Shown here in pieces: positions 46,540-56,145 of a DNA stretch of 64,000 bases. The stretch spans positions 96,283 to 160,282 of the IMG/VR virus record IMGVR_UViG_3300042474_001633; one strand, 5' to 3'. The notes below the pieces were generated by a model. The model had not been told where the DNA came from and did no database searches. It saw only the letters and a list, made by a program, of their open reading frames with translations. This DNA is from a virus. Position 1 is the stretch's first letter; each line of letters begins with the position of its first letter. A program made the translations under genes and the position numbers.

Positions 46540-47191
46540 TTTGACTAACTTTCTTTATCGGTATCGGTTGTTTGTCTTTCGTGCCGGAACTATCTTGTAC
46601 ATAGGTGTGGTATGGGGCACCTGTGTGAACATCGTATTTTGCTGCTGTTGATATGGCTTTTGTGGCTGCACCTCTTGCTGCTGGTATGTCAAGTGACTTT
46701 TTCTTATTGAGTAGGACGTGAAGCGCGCCTAGTGCGTAGTCTCCACCTGAGCCAATTGCGTAATACCCATTTGAGTCAGAGCACCATGCATAGTCTCCGT
46801 CAAGCACATATACAACACCATGTATCACTACCAGAACGGTTGAATCATGTTGTGCGATATGAGAAGCTTCTCGTTCTGGAGTGGCGTATCCCTGCTTTTC
46901 GAACGTCTCCCTCAGTACTGGTATGAACTTATTGGTAATAAAGGCGTCAAGCTTTTTGCCCTTCAAGTTACTTGGAGGTGTAGGTGGAGTGAATGCGTGA
47001 TGCAAGATATTGATTGCTCTCACATCTCCAGCTGCCCCCAGAAGATAAGGTCCATTCTGAGAGACCTTGGATAGATTGCCACCCAAGTGGGAGATAGCTG
47101 ATGTTGCTCCGTTCTCCATCATGGAAACGATTCTTGAGTCAGCTGTTACTACAGCAAAGCCATCTCCCTGTATTGCCACTATGGTTGTCAT
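46496..47191 (-). CDS. HslV/proteasome-beta-like Ntn protease
   Basis: N-terminal MTTIV (catalytic Thr), ADSR, GAAG and AIGSGGDYALGAL. Confidence 0.8.
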   Translation of the reverse strand: MTTIVAIQGDGFAVVTADSRIVSMMENGATSAISHLGGNLSKVSQNGPYLLGAAGDVRAINILHHAFTPPTPPSNLKGKKLDAFITNKFIPVLRETFEKQGYATPEREASHIAQHDSTVLVVIHGVVYVLDGDYAWCSDSNGYYAIGSGGDYALGALHVLLNKKKSLDIPAARGAATKAISTAAKYDVHTGAPYHTYVQDSSGTKDKQPIPIKKVSQNAGRTRNNKRTNSK

Positions 47192-47270
47192 CTCTAGGTG
47201 TTCCTCTATTCTTGGGTAATGCGTATTCGGTATTCAGGAACCGCGATGAAATAATTGCGGCCGGAGGGAC

Positions 47271-48446
47271 CTACTTGGCTTTGTACTCTATTCCACGAAG
47301 CATTCCCCATCCGCTATAGATGTGCATGGCTTCGTAGGAGAACTTGTGGTCGCCCTTGTCTTCATAGGAGACAACACCTAGGCCCTGTTGCCAGTCTTCG
47401 ACAACTGTTAACGGGCGTCCGTCGAGGTCTATTCCACCTTTTGTGGACGGCACAGCGCCATTGACTTTAGCGAGACAGCCAGGAGATGCCGCCATAATGG
47501 TTTTGGCCCCCTCGAAGTCTCTTCTAGTCTTGAACGCAGTTTCTATGCGGTGGATGTGTCCATAGAGGACCGAAGTCTTCTCGGAGTTGAGATACATGTG
47601 GGCAGTTGAGCCGTTAGATTTAACTCTGGTGCCGTGAATGACACGAAGCTTTTCGTTAATCCAGAACTCGCCAGCTGGGTATCCTGGTCGGTATTCAATC
47701 TTGAAGTCGTCAAAACGACAGAGGCTTGGAACAGACATTACTGGCCACGACTTAGGGCTATCCCCCTTGCGTAGTCCGAACGTGGCCTTGGCATTGTCTA
47801 GGATGAAGTTGGGCAAACGCTCTTCGTGGTTACCGGCAAGCCATACGATTTTGGCATGTGGAGCAGCAGCTCGAAGTTGCGCTGCCAGGACAGTAGCCCT
47901 GTCTATCGACGCTTGGGTGGTAAGCGCAAAAGCAGGACTGGTTCGGTACTTGCCCAGTTCGGGGAAGTCGATGTTGTCCCCTACACAAACCACAAGTTCT
48001 GGCTTGATATCAGCAATCACCTGGAGGGCGACCGAGATAGCGAGTTCGTCATGGGTGGATTCAAGGGTTCCATCTTCTTTTCGGTAGTATCCGATTTGAG
48101 CGTCTGGAACGATGACCGCCTGCTTGTAGGGTTTTGTGACCTTTTTCACAGCCGGCATTTTGGGCAGGCTGATTGCTGGACCTGGTTGAACTACCGGCCA
48201 AGAAGGACCCTCTTCAAACGCAGGGCTGAACTGGAAGTGCCAAAGGTCATGGACCTCTGCCTCCCCCTCAAGGTTTTTAATCAACGTCTGAGAGGTTGAG
48301 ACCTTCTTGATTTCCCCGATATCATCAGGGTCTATACCCTTCTTGCGAAGAGTCTCAGCCAGGGCGCTCAAGAACTGCTGCCGCTGTTTGTCAAGTTCTG
48401 GCTTGTGGGCGATTTTGGTCAGTTTGGAAGCTAGTTCTTTACTCAT
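47271..48446 (-). CDS. Calcineurin-like metallophosphoesterase
   Basis: PDAQ, GDNID, GNHE, HG and GHIHR motifs. Confidence 0.8.
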   Translation of the reverse strand: MSKELASKLTKIAHKPELDKQRQQFLSALAETLRKKGIDPDDIGEIKKVSTSQTLIKNLEGEAEVHDLWHFQFSPAFEEGPSWPVVQPGPAISLPKMPAVKKVTKPYKQAVIVPDAQIGYYRKEDGTLESTHDELAISVALQVIADIKPELVVCVGDNIDFPELGKYRTSPAFALTTQASIDRATVLAAQLRAAAPHAKIVWLAGNHEERLPNFILDNAKATFGLRKGDSPKSWPVMSVPSLCRFDDFKIEYRPGYPAGEFWINEKLRVIHGTRVKSNGSTAHMYLNSEKTSVLYGHIHRIETAFKTRRDFEGAKTIMAASPGCLAKVNGAVPSTKGGIDLDGRPLTVVEDWQQGLGVVSYEDKGDHKFSYEAMHIYSGWGMLRGIEYKAK

Positions 48447-48700
48447 TTTGTCCCCTTGATTGGAAAGCATTTGCACTGGTCTCTTGTTTCTTCACGGAAG
48501 CAATGACGATGCCCGCGAATGGCTTCACGAGAAATCAAGATTCCTTCAGTTTTTAGGGCATCAGAGATTGTCTTGTCCCCAACCTCACTGCTCATTACCT
48601 GTCCAAATGCTTCTTGGGTGTCGTCATCCATGGTCTGGACAACCTCCCCAACTCGACATGGCATTCGAGACATAAGGTCCAAAAGTGTGTTCTTAAGCAT
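48443..48700 (-). CDS. Hypothetical protein
   Basis: GGGGAG SD; C...HRHC. Confidence 0.6.
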   Translation of the reverse strand: MLKNTLLDLMSRMPCRVGEVVQTMDDDTQEAFGQVMSSEVGDKTISDALKTEGILISREAIRGHRHCFREETRDQCKCFPIKGTK

Positions 48701-48839
48701 TATTTACTCCCCCTTTGTAGATTGAGCGACACTGTGCGACACTGGATTATTAGGGCGGCGCAATGTGCAAACGTGCATGGTGTATATTAAACCACAGCAT
48801 TGTAGTTTTAGCAAGGACCATGACTGGGGATTGATTCGA

Positions 48840-49286
48840 ATGAAGGAAAACATAGGAGCTAATAAGCAGTTGTTTACTCCGATAGAACTGCTTATAAAAG
48901 AGAGCTCTCACTTGGGGCCAGAAGAGCTGGCAAAAAGGATAGTCAATGCTGTATCCAGCACTCAGGGAATTAGCTATAGCGTCACAGAGGAAATAAGCCT
49001 GCTGACTGCGCCGGCTCGCGTACTTATCACGGTTGTTCAGCAGCCGCGAATTACCGTGAGAGCGCTGGCGATTTACTTGGGGGTTTCAGAGGCGGCAGTC
49101 TTGAAATCATTAAAAATGCTCCTAGACAACAACCTCATAGCAAAGACAAAAGTCAACGGAAAAAATAATTACTCAATTGTTAAAGAATCGTTCGAAAAAC
49201 ACAGTGATATCACTCATCTTTTGGCTGCTGCCGGCACCATCGAAAAGATGGGACAATCAGTAGAGGATGACGACATCTTCCAATGA
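48840..49286 (+). CDS. MarR-like winged-helix protein
   Basis: ITVRALAIYLGVSEAAV.KSL..L....LI.K. Confidence 0.65.
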   Translation: MKENIGANKQLFTPIELLIKESSHLGPEELAKRIVNAVSSTQGISYSVTEEISLLTAPARVLITVVQQPRITVRALAIYLGVSEAAVLKSLKMLLDNNLIAKTKVNGKNNYSIVKESFEKHSDITHLLAAAGTIEKMGQSVEDDDIFQ

Positions 49287-49479
49287 CCCCTATGACATTT
49301 TGGAAAGACTTATGAATTACCGTCCAAATAACTACCCAGAAGCAGAAACCAACCGAAGAGCAGCCGCGGAAATACAGAACTTGAGAAAACGCCTTGAAGA
49401 ATCAGAACGGAGAAATTCAGAACTCTCTAGTAGGGTGGAAGAATTACTTAAGGAGAAAATTAATGGTTGGCGTCGATAA
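49267..49479 (+). CDS. Coiled-coil hypothetical protein
   Basis: DILERL...AAAEIQNLR. Confidence 0.55.
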   Translation: MTTSSNDPYDILERLMNYRPNNYPEAETNRRAAAEIQNLRKRLEESERRNSELSSRVEELLKEKINGWRR

Positions 49480-49795
49480 CCCAGAAGAGAAGGATAATCT
49501 TGATGCGGCCGTAGATGCCGTAGCCAGCACAATGTCCTTTAGTCGAAAGAAACATGGCGCCGGAAATCCTGGTGAACCAACGCAAAAGCAGGTGTTGATT
49601 CGCGCTACAGAAAAAGACCATGAACGCTGGAAGCAAACCGCGGAAATAAAAGGTCTATCATTGGCTGAAATGGTAAGGGAACTATGCAACAAGGCCGCTA
49701 GCGAAGCGCTTGACTGTCAGCACCCGGCGGAAATGCGCAAAACGTACCCTTGGGCCGACATTTGCACCAAGTGCAACACAAGGTTAAGGGGTTAA
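49463..49795 (+). CDS. RHH plus Zn-ribbon protein
   Basis: VLIRA...W...A...GLSLAE; CQH...CTKC. Confidence 0.6.
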   Translation: MVGVDNPEEKDNLDAAVDAVASTMSFSRKKHGAGNPGEPTQKQVLIRATEKDHERWKQTAEIKGLSLAEMVRELCNKAASEALDCQHPAEMRKTYPWADICTKCNTRLRG

Positions 49796-49801
49796 TCTAT
49801 A

Positions 49802-50044
49802 ATGGAAACCATGAATCAGGATATTTACTATAAGTCTTTCAATGACTTTCTCGCAGATGCGAGCATAGTTTACGAAAAGTTGAAGGGCGATGGATTCGGC
49901 TACCGCTACGGGCAAGTGTATTTCAATCTCTTGTGGGAACACCGACCTGATATTTCAGAGAAAATACGCGGAACATCGCTGGACCCATTCCATAAGGACG
50001 CTGTGCTTTCTGCTACTCATCAATTTGTCGAAACATCGTGGTAA
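49802..50044 (+). CDS. Hypothetical phage protein
   Basis: RYGQ.YFN.L...DPF. Confidence 0.65.
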   Translation: METMNQDIYYKSFNDFLADASIVYEKLKGDGFGYRYGQVYFNLLWEHRPDISEKIRGTSLDPFHKDAVLSATHQFVETSW

Positions 50045-50050
50045 GACAGA

Positions 50051-50878
50051 ATGTCTGTCAGGGTTATTTCCGGTTTGGGCATAGGCGACATTCCTCGTAC
50101 GCCTGCAACCCCTTTCACTGATAAACCAACCCCTGTTGCGGATGGAATACTCCTAGAGGAAGCCATCAAGCTGGGTCAGCCATTTGGGTACATACAGGAA
50201 CAAGGTGGGCGACTTATTCAAAATGTAGTCCCAGTGCACAAACTTGAACTTGACCAAATTTCATCTTCTTCGAAAGTGGAGTTGGAGATGCATACGGAAA
50301 CTGCATTCCATCCCTACATGCCTAAATACGTATTGTTGCTTTGCCTGAGAGGTGATATCACGGCAGAGACCACTTATGCGGTTTTGGACGACATACTTGA
50401 TGGCTTAGATGAATCGGTGCTATCAGTATTGAAAACTGATAGCTTTTATACAAGCATCGACCAGAGCTTCCGCACCAACACTGAACCGAATATATTTATT
50501 CGTAAACAGATTTTAAGTGATGATGAACAGAAACTTGTTTATGACTCCACACTGATGAAACCAATAGGAGCGGAAGCAGAACACGCTCTAATTGAAACAA
50601 GCAAAGCGATACAGAGAGCGAAGCGCAGCGTCGTGCTGTCAACGGGTGACTTACTAGTAATAGATAACCATCGCACCGTGCACGGACGAAAACCATTTCA
50701 GCCAAGGTATGACGGAATGGACAGATGGGTAAAGAGATGTCTGGTTCACGATAGCTTCCCTCCGGACGGCGAATACAGTGGGCGTGTCATCACGACAACA
50801 CTCGAACAGTTTGGTATGCCTGAATTAGAGTTGAGCCATGCGTCGGTAGCTCAATCGGATAGAGCAACAGACTTCTAA
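50051..50878 (+). CDS. TauD/clavaminate-synthase-like 2OG-Fe(II) dioxygenase
   Basis: HTETAFH, LLLCLR, GDLLVIDN..TVHGR..F.PRYDG.DRW..R. Confidence 0.85.
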   Translation: MSVRVISGLGIGDIPRTPATPFTDKPTPVADGILLEEAIKLGQPFGYIQEQGGRLIQNVVPVHKLELDQISSSSKVELEMHTETAFHPYMPKYVLLLCLRGDITAETTYAVLDDILDGLDESVLSVLKTDSFYTSIDQSFRTNTEPNIFIRKQILSDDEQKLVYDSTLMKPIGAEAEHALIETSKAIQRAKRSVVLSTGDLLVIDNHRTVHGRKPFQPRYDGMDRWVKRCLVHDSFPPDGEYSGRVITTTLEQFGMPELELSHASVAQSDRATDF

Positions 50879-50916
50879 TCTGTAGGTTGCAGGTTCGATT
50901 CCTGCCCGACGCGCCA
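50840..50916 (+). tRNA. tRNA-Arg(UCU)
   Basis: GCGTCGG/CCGACGC stem; ACAGA-CT TCT AA-TCTGT; encoded CCA. Confidence 0.9.
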
Positions 50917-50936
50917 AACGCAACCAAGGAGAAAAA

Positions 50937-51602
50937 ATGAGTGAATTCGGTTTTGTCCGGCTCGATGGCTGCATGGCAGACGACCTTTCGGTGGTTAACT
51001 CTGCTCGAGTTTCTTTTGCTCAGTCATCAGAAGAACTAGATGATAAAGCAAAGGGACTTATCAATTTCTTAATGAGGGAAAGACACGGAACCCCATTTGA
51101 ACATAACTCGTTTAGATTTCATGTCAAGTGTCCGCTGTTTGTTGCCCGAGAATGGTTCCGCCACCGCATCGGTTCATTTAATGAGTTTTCTGCGAGGTAC
51201 AGCTTTGTTGAAGACGATTTCTTTGCGCCAGAGAAAAAGCATGTGCGCACTCAAGCCGGCAAACCGGGAGCGTATAAATTCGAGCCCGTCGAAGAGGAAT
51301 TAGCCGAACACACGATTCTGCACATTGAAGAAGTAAACGCGTACTGCTACGAGGCATATCAACAACTAGTCGAAAAGGGTGTAGCAAAGGAGCTGGCAAG
51401 AGTTGTTCTGCCAGTAAGCATGTATACGCAGTTCTACTGGACAGTCAATGCCCGGGCCCTAATGAACTTCCTTTCGCTCAGAAATCACGACGCTGCTCAG
51501 ATTGACATTCGTCTCTACGCAAAAGAAGTTGAAGAAATTTTCAAAAGACAAATGCCCGCTACATACGATGCATGGATTGATAACGCCCGTGTGACTCCAT
51601 AA
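50937..51602 (+). CDS. thyX: Flavin-dependent thymidylate synthase
   Basis: NSARVS, HGTPFEH, RHRIGSFNEFSARY, ELARVVLP and NARALMNF. Confidence 0.95.
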   Translation: MSEFGFVRLDGCMADDLSVVNSARVSFAQSSEELDDKAKGLINFLMRERHGTPFEHNSFRFHVKCPLFVAREWFRHRIGSFNEFSARYSFVEDDFFAPEKKHVRTQAGKPGAYKFEPVEEELAEHTILHIEEVNAYCYEAYQQLVEKGVAKELARVVLPVSMYTQFYWTVNARALMNFLSLRNHDAAQIDIRLYAKEVEEIFKRQMPATYDAWIDNARVTP

Positions 51603-51609
51603 AGAACAT

Positions 51610-51685
51610 TGGGGAGTAGCTCAGTTGGCAGAGCAGCGGACTGTTAATCCGCTTGTCGTAGGTTCGAGCCCTACCTCCCCAGCCA
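51610..51685 (+). tRNA. tRNA-Asn(GUU)
   Basis: GCGGA-CT GTT AA-TCCGC; encoded CCA. Confidence 0.9.
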
Positions 51686-51702
51686 AGGTGTAAAATAGGC
51701 AA

Positions 51703-52341
51703 ATGCCGGAACTAAACGCAAACACTCCGCAAATAGAATGCTATGTCCGCGGCAATTATCTCAGAAATCAAAAAGACTCCCATGAGCAGTATTTCCCATG
51801 CGTGATATTTGGGGTTACATCAATTCAGGGACGCTCTCCACTGTTTCATTTCTTGATGGAAGATGGTGGTGTCTGGTGGAGAATGCCGATATCGGCCTTT
51901 TGTTCGGAGCCTAATGTTCCAGAGGTGGATATACACGATTTGGTTTTATGGAATTCATTTAGCGCACACATAACCGTCACCGAATTTCAGGCAATGCGAA
52001 ACATGCGAATGACGTACGTGGCCAGAAGTGGTGAATTTGTAAATGGAAGATATCTATTTACACTCGATTGGCATGCACCAGACGACAATGTAATCAATCT
52101 TGGTTTTAGCGTTAACCCAGGTCAACACAAATGCGGACATGTAATGCTGAGAGATGATGGGAACTTTGCCATTCAGCCAAACAACAGGGTTAGATTGTTT
52201 GACCCATCATTTACCACTAAAGACGGTAATCTTATAAAGCGATTAGTAAATACAAGATTGTGGGATGTTGAAGATGCCAAAAAATGGCGGACAGCTGATA
52301 ATGATGAGTATTACTACGATATTGAAGTAACCGAGGAATAA
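51703..52341 (+). CDS. Conserved phage hypothetical protein
   Basis: LNAN.P, RMPISAF, YLFTLDW, HKCGH and QPNNR. Confidence 0.7.
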   Translation: MPELNANTPQIECYVRGNYLRNQKDSHEQYFPCVIFGVTSIQGRSPLFHFLMEDGGVWWRMPISAFCSEPNVPEVDIHDLVLWNSFSAHITVTEFQAMRNMRMTYVARSGEFVNGRYLFTLDWHAPDDNVINLGFSVNPGQHKCGHVMLRDDGNFAIQPNNRVRLFDPSFTTKDGNLIKRLVNTRLWDVEDAKKWRTADNDEYYYDIEVTEE

Positions 52342-52523
52342 TGAAAGTCTGGATTAACCATATGAATCACGACCACTCATCCACATCTAATTTTTTAATG
52401 ATTAGCGAAATGAACTTAATGTGGGCATTGATGGTGTTAATGGCTGCCCATCATTTTTGGATGTGGAAAAAATCAAAAGGTTGTCACTGTCATAAAAACT
52501 GTAAATCAAAGAACGCAAGTTAA
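52341..52523 (+). CDS. Small membrane protein beginning with a ferredoxin-like start (MKVWI)
   Basis: Hydrophobic segment; first 20 nt resemble the ferredoxin start. Confidence 0.5.
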   Translation: MKVWINHMNHDHSSTSNFLMISEMNLMWALMVLMAAHHFWMWKKSKGCHCHKNCKSKNAS

Positions 52524-52555
52524 TGAGAGCTTGGATTGACCAAGACCTATGTTGA
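52523..52555 (+). pseudogene. Ferredoxin 5' fragment (MRAWIDQDLC*)
   Basis: 29/30 nt identical to 53382-53411. Confidence 0.75.
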
Positions 52556-53385
52556 GCGTTCCTGACCACATTGTGAAGCCGCCGTACGCAGAGACTGGCA
52601 AGGTCACGCGCTGGCAAGAATCTGCAGTGAAGTCACCTGAAATTATTGAACGCATGCGCATTGCATGTTCTGCTGCTGCAGAAGTACTGCGCCTTGCAGG
52701 AGAATTTGTTCGTCCAGGAATTACGACGGATGACATTGATGTTTATGTGCACAACTTGTGCATCGAGCGCGGTGCATACCCGAGCCCATTGAATTATTTA
52801 GGCTATCCAAAGAGTGCGTGCACTTCAGTGAACGAAGTGATTTGTCATGGAATTCCCGATTCACGCGTACTGCAAGAAGGCGACATCATTAACCTTGATG
52901 TCACGTGCTACATGAATGGCGTTCATGGCGACACCAATGCAACATTTGCAGTAGGCGAGATTGACGACGAGAGCCGCAACCTAATTTCTGTAACCGAAGA
53001 GTGCACATGGCGCGGCATTGAAGCCGTTGTTCCTGGTCGCCCACTAAGTGACATTGGAAAAGCCATTGAAACCCGAGCAAAACAAGACCAAATGAGCGTT
53101 ATTCGCGCCTTTGTTGGTCACGGAATTGGCGAGCAGTTTCACACCGACATTCAGGTGTTGCACTACTACGACAAGAGCAACAACACCATCATGCGCCCTG
53201 GCATGACATTCACGATTGAGCCGATGATTTCACTTGGCACATGGCAGCACCGCATGTGGAACGACGGCTGGACAGCAGTCACCGCAGACGGCAAGCGCAC
53301 CGCGCAATTTGAACACACCGTGTTGGTCACTGAAACTGGTGTTGATGTATTGACAGGTGGACCACTCACCAAAGGGAAAAAATGA
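52549..53385 (+). CDS. map: Methionine aminopeptidase, type I
   Basis: CTSVNEVICHGIP, DVT...HGDT, GHGIG..FH, FTIEPM and AQFEHT. Confidence 0.95.
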   Translation: MLSVPDHIVKPPYAETGKVTRWQESAVKSPEIIERMRIACSAAAEVLRLAGEFVRPGITTDDIDVYVHNLCIERGAYPSPLNYLGYPKSACTSVNEVICHGIPDSRVLQEGDIINLDVTCYMNGVHGDTNATFAVGEIDDESRNLISVTEECTWRGIEAVVPGRPLSDIGKAIETRAKQDQMSVIRAFVGHGIGEQFHTDIQVLHYYDKSNNTIMRPGMTFTIEPMISLGTWQHRMWNDGWTAVTADGKRTAQFEHTVLVTETGVDVLTGGPLTKGKK

Positions 53386-53630
53386 GAGTTTGGATTGACC
53401 AAGACCTATGTACTGGAGATGGACTATGCGCGGAGATAGCCCCAGATGTTTTTCATATGATGCCGGACGGTCTTGCGTATGTAAAAGAAGGGGACAAGAT
53501 TTATGCGGCCGCTGTGGGGAACCCAGAAGGCGCGGCTGGATTAGCATCCTTCTTAGACGACAGGCTTGAAGACGTTATTGAGTCGGCTGAGGAATGCCCT
53601 GGCGAGTGCATTTTTATAGAAGTTGACTAA
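53382..53630 (+). CDS. Ferredoxin (3Fe-4S/4Fe-4S, actinobacterial type)
   Basis: IDQDLCTGDGLCAEIAPDVF...AEECPGECI. Confidence 0.9.
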   Translation: MRVWIDQDLCTGDGLCAEIAPDVFHMMPDGLAYVKEGDKIYAAAVGNPEGAAGLASFLDDRLEDVIESAEECPGECIFIEVD

Positions 53631-53697
53631 GGCGATTATTCATTAATGGGCGTGATGAGAGTCAATCCCACCACGCCCACTTTTCCTTACTTGAGTG

Positions 53698-54219
53698 CTA
53701 CTTTCCTGCGATAATCCAGTTGCACTGTTGTCCAGTGGCCGCACAGGAGGTATAGCGGATTACCTGCTGTGCAGTTATTGCGTTATTCCCTGCATTTCGC
53801 AGAGCATCTACGGTCTTTTTAAGACCTGTCAATTCTCCTAAAATGAATGTTTGGTTTGCGCGGACAGTGTCATCAAGGTTTTTAATAGATTCTTTGAAAG
53901 CCAAAATATCCTCTTGCATTAAACCCAAAGCCAAGCCTTGTGCGTCAATTTTTACGTCTACAGCGGCAATTTGTTCAGACAGAACCTTGTCATTTTCATT
54001 CAAGGTGTCTTGACCGCTTTTGAGTCCATCAAGTTTTTCTTGTGAATCTTTGTTGTACTGGTCAATGATTGCTGATTGTTTTTCAAGGCGCATCATAAGT
54101 GCATCTTTTGAGTCGTTAATGCTTTTCATCGTGAAGATGGTTCCGATGAACCCACAAACAACTACGGCGATAGCCGCAATATATGTAGGTTTGATGTTCA
54201 TGTTCATTTTCATTTTCAT
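53698..54219 (-). CDS. Membrane-anchored coiled-coil protein
   Basis: N-terminal TM segment followed by heptad repeats. Confidence 0.7.
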   Translation of the reverse strand: MKMKMNMNIKPTYIAAIAVVVCGFIGTIFTMKSINDSKDALMMRLEKQSAIIDQYNKDSQEKLDGLKSGQDTLNENDKVLSEQIAAVDVKIDAQGLALGLMQEDILAFKESIKNLDDTVRANQTFILGELTGLKKTVDALRNAGNNAITAQQVIRYTSCAATGQQCNWIIAGK

Positions 54220-54224
54220 TCTCC

Positions 54225-55529
54225 TTAAACTGCGATGCAGTTTTTGTTGTAGGTGTTTGTATTTTTATTCAACCAGCATTTGTATTTAACCTTACTGGTA
54301 GATTTTGTAGAATAGTAAATCCAATTTTTTACCCCACCGTTATGAGAGCATGCTCCTGAACTCGTGGCCGTGGAAATCTTACCGCTAAAACACAATGCCC
54401 CTGTTTTTATTTTTGCGGTGGATGTTTTATTCATCCACACATATTTCCATGGCACAACATAGGGCACTTTTGCAGGTATTGCGGCAGAAACTCCTGGATT
54501 TATAGTCTTTGGCAAAGTTATTACTGGAGATTGAATAACTGGAGAAGTTGTTACCGGAGGTTGAACTTTTGGCAAAATTGCCACTTGGGTTGGGGCAACT
54601 TGGGTTTTTTGTTGAACAACTGGAACAGAAGTTGTAGTTGTAGTTTGAACTGTATTCAGAGAAGAACAACCACCAGCAGGTACTGGATAAACCGCACTAG
54701 GAGGATAGGTGTAATACAAACTATCAAGGGTTGCTTGGTGCCACGTGTGGGCATTATAGGGTTGGCAATAATTACGCCATCGTGGGAGTGTGGTGGTAGT
54801 GGCGGGAGCAACAGTCGTCACAGTGGCCACAGGAACGGTGGTAGTTGTTGTTACAGCTGATGGGTAAGAATATAGCTGATTGCAACCACCAGTCGGAGCA
54901 GGCGACATATACAAAGGTCCGGAATTAATTTTTTGCTCATGCGTCATAGATTGCCATACAGCTAAAGACATTGATTTGTAAGCTGGATTATTGGGTACAG
55001 AACTAGGAGAATAAAACCAAGTGACAGTGTCATGAATTTGTTGTCCAGAAGTACTTTTTATACAAACAGTTGGTGCAATAGTAGTCGTAGTAGTTGGAGC
55101 AATGGTAGTTGTTGTAGTTGGTGCGACATAAGAAGAAATAACTACAGAACTGTTTGAACTTATATCAAACTTGGTCACCCCATCGCTTGAAGACAAGGTC
55201 ATTCTGGGTGTCCAAACACCAGCAGGGGAACTTTGATTTAATAAAAAACTAAATGTGTAGGTGTATGAGTTTCGGACCGGTGTTGCTGTTGCCGCAATAC
55301 AAGAACCACCATTGCATAAATAACCTAAAGCATTTGCAGTGTTATGAATATATGGAGATTGGCATGACGCCGAAACTGTCCACGTAACTCCCGTCGAACC
55401 TGCAGAAAGAACAGCAGAGCTAGGCGAAATGGATTCTGAAGTGATTGCGCAAGATGTGGCATTAGCAGGCGAGGCAAACGCAAACATTGAAACAAAAACA
55501 AATACGGTAAACGCCAATAGTTTTTTCAC
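54225..55529 (-). CDS. Secreted Thr/Pro-rich protein with a DUF3761-like C-terminus
   Basis: Signal peptide; TTTTTIAP linkers; two P.GGC repeats; GALC...GACSHNGGV..W. Confidence 0.7.
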   Translation of the reverse strand: MKKLLAFTVFVFVSMFAFASPANATSCAITSESISPSSAVLSAGSTGVTWTVSASCQSPYIHNTANALGYLCNGGSCIAATATPVRNSYTYTFSFLLNQSSPAGVWTPRMTLSSSDGVTKFDISSNSSVVISSYVAPTTTTTIAPTTTTTIAPTVCIKSTSGQQIHDTVTWFYSPSSVPNNPAYKSMSLAVWQSMTHEQKINSGPLYMSPAPTGGCNQLYSYPSAVTTTTTVPVATVTTVAPATTTTLPRWRNYCQPYNAHTWHQATLDSLYYTYPPSAVYPVPAGGCSSLNTVQTTTTTSVPVVQQKTQVAPTQVAILPKVQPPVTTSPVIQSPVITLPKTINPGVSAAIPAKVPYVVPWKYVWMNKTSTAKIKTGALCFSGKISTATSSGACSHNGGVKNWIYYSTKSTSKVKYKCWLNKNTNTYNKNCIAV

Positions 55530-55639
55530 TTTTTATCTTTCTCTAGTAGGTATTTATTAGTAGACTCCTACTATACAGCGACCTTAATTAAAACACAACT
55601 TATTTTTTAAGCCTTTGTTTATAAGGCATTCAGTCAGCA

Positions 55640-55717
55640 GAAGACCGCCTTGGTGACGACGTTATAGAGGCAGCCGAAGAGTGCACTGGTGAATGTATTT
55701 TTATAGGGGCTGACTAG
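55640..55717 (+). pseudogene. Ferredoxin 3' fragment (EDRLGDDVIEAAEECTGECIFIGAD*)
   Basis: Matches the C-terminus of 53382-53630 (DDRLEDVIESAEECPGECIFIEVD). Confidence 0.75.
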
Positions 55718-55945
55718 TCACTTTATTGTTATTTTTTCTTAGCCGTGCTATAATTTGGCTCTGCCTTTAGTAGTTCGATTTCGTCTTCTAATTCAGCCAT
55801 CCGAGAATCCAAAATCTCCATTTTGCGGTTGCAGACTGCTATCTTTTCAACTATTTGAGACAATGACAAATTTTCTTTCATTAACCAAATACTACACGCA
55901 CCAGCCGGCAATGTGTATCGTAAATTACACATCGTGCAACGATTC

Positions 55946-56020
55946 GCCCTTGTAGCTCAGTGGCAGAGCAACCGCCTTGTAAGCGGTAGGTCGTGGGTTC
56001 AACTCCCACCGAGGGCTCCA
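55946..56020 (+). tRNA. tRNA-Thr(UGU)
   Basis: ACCGC-CT TGT AA-GCGGT; encoded CCA. Confidence 0.9.
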
Positions 56021-56145
56021 TATCTAATTAAACAAAAACCCACCTATTAACAGGACAATCCCAATCAGCGGACCCAAGCCAATCCAGACAAGCAATGAAA
56101 GCACACTTGGGATGTGAGGTTTCCGGGTGTTTGAAGAAAAGGACA

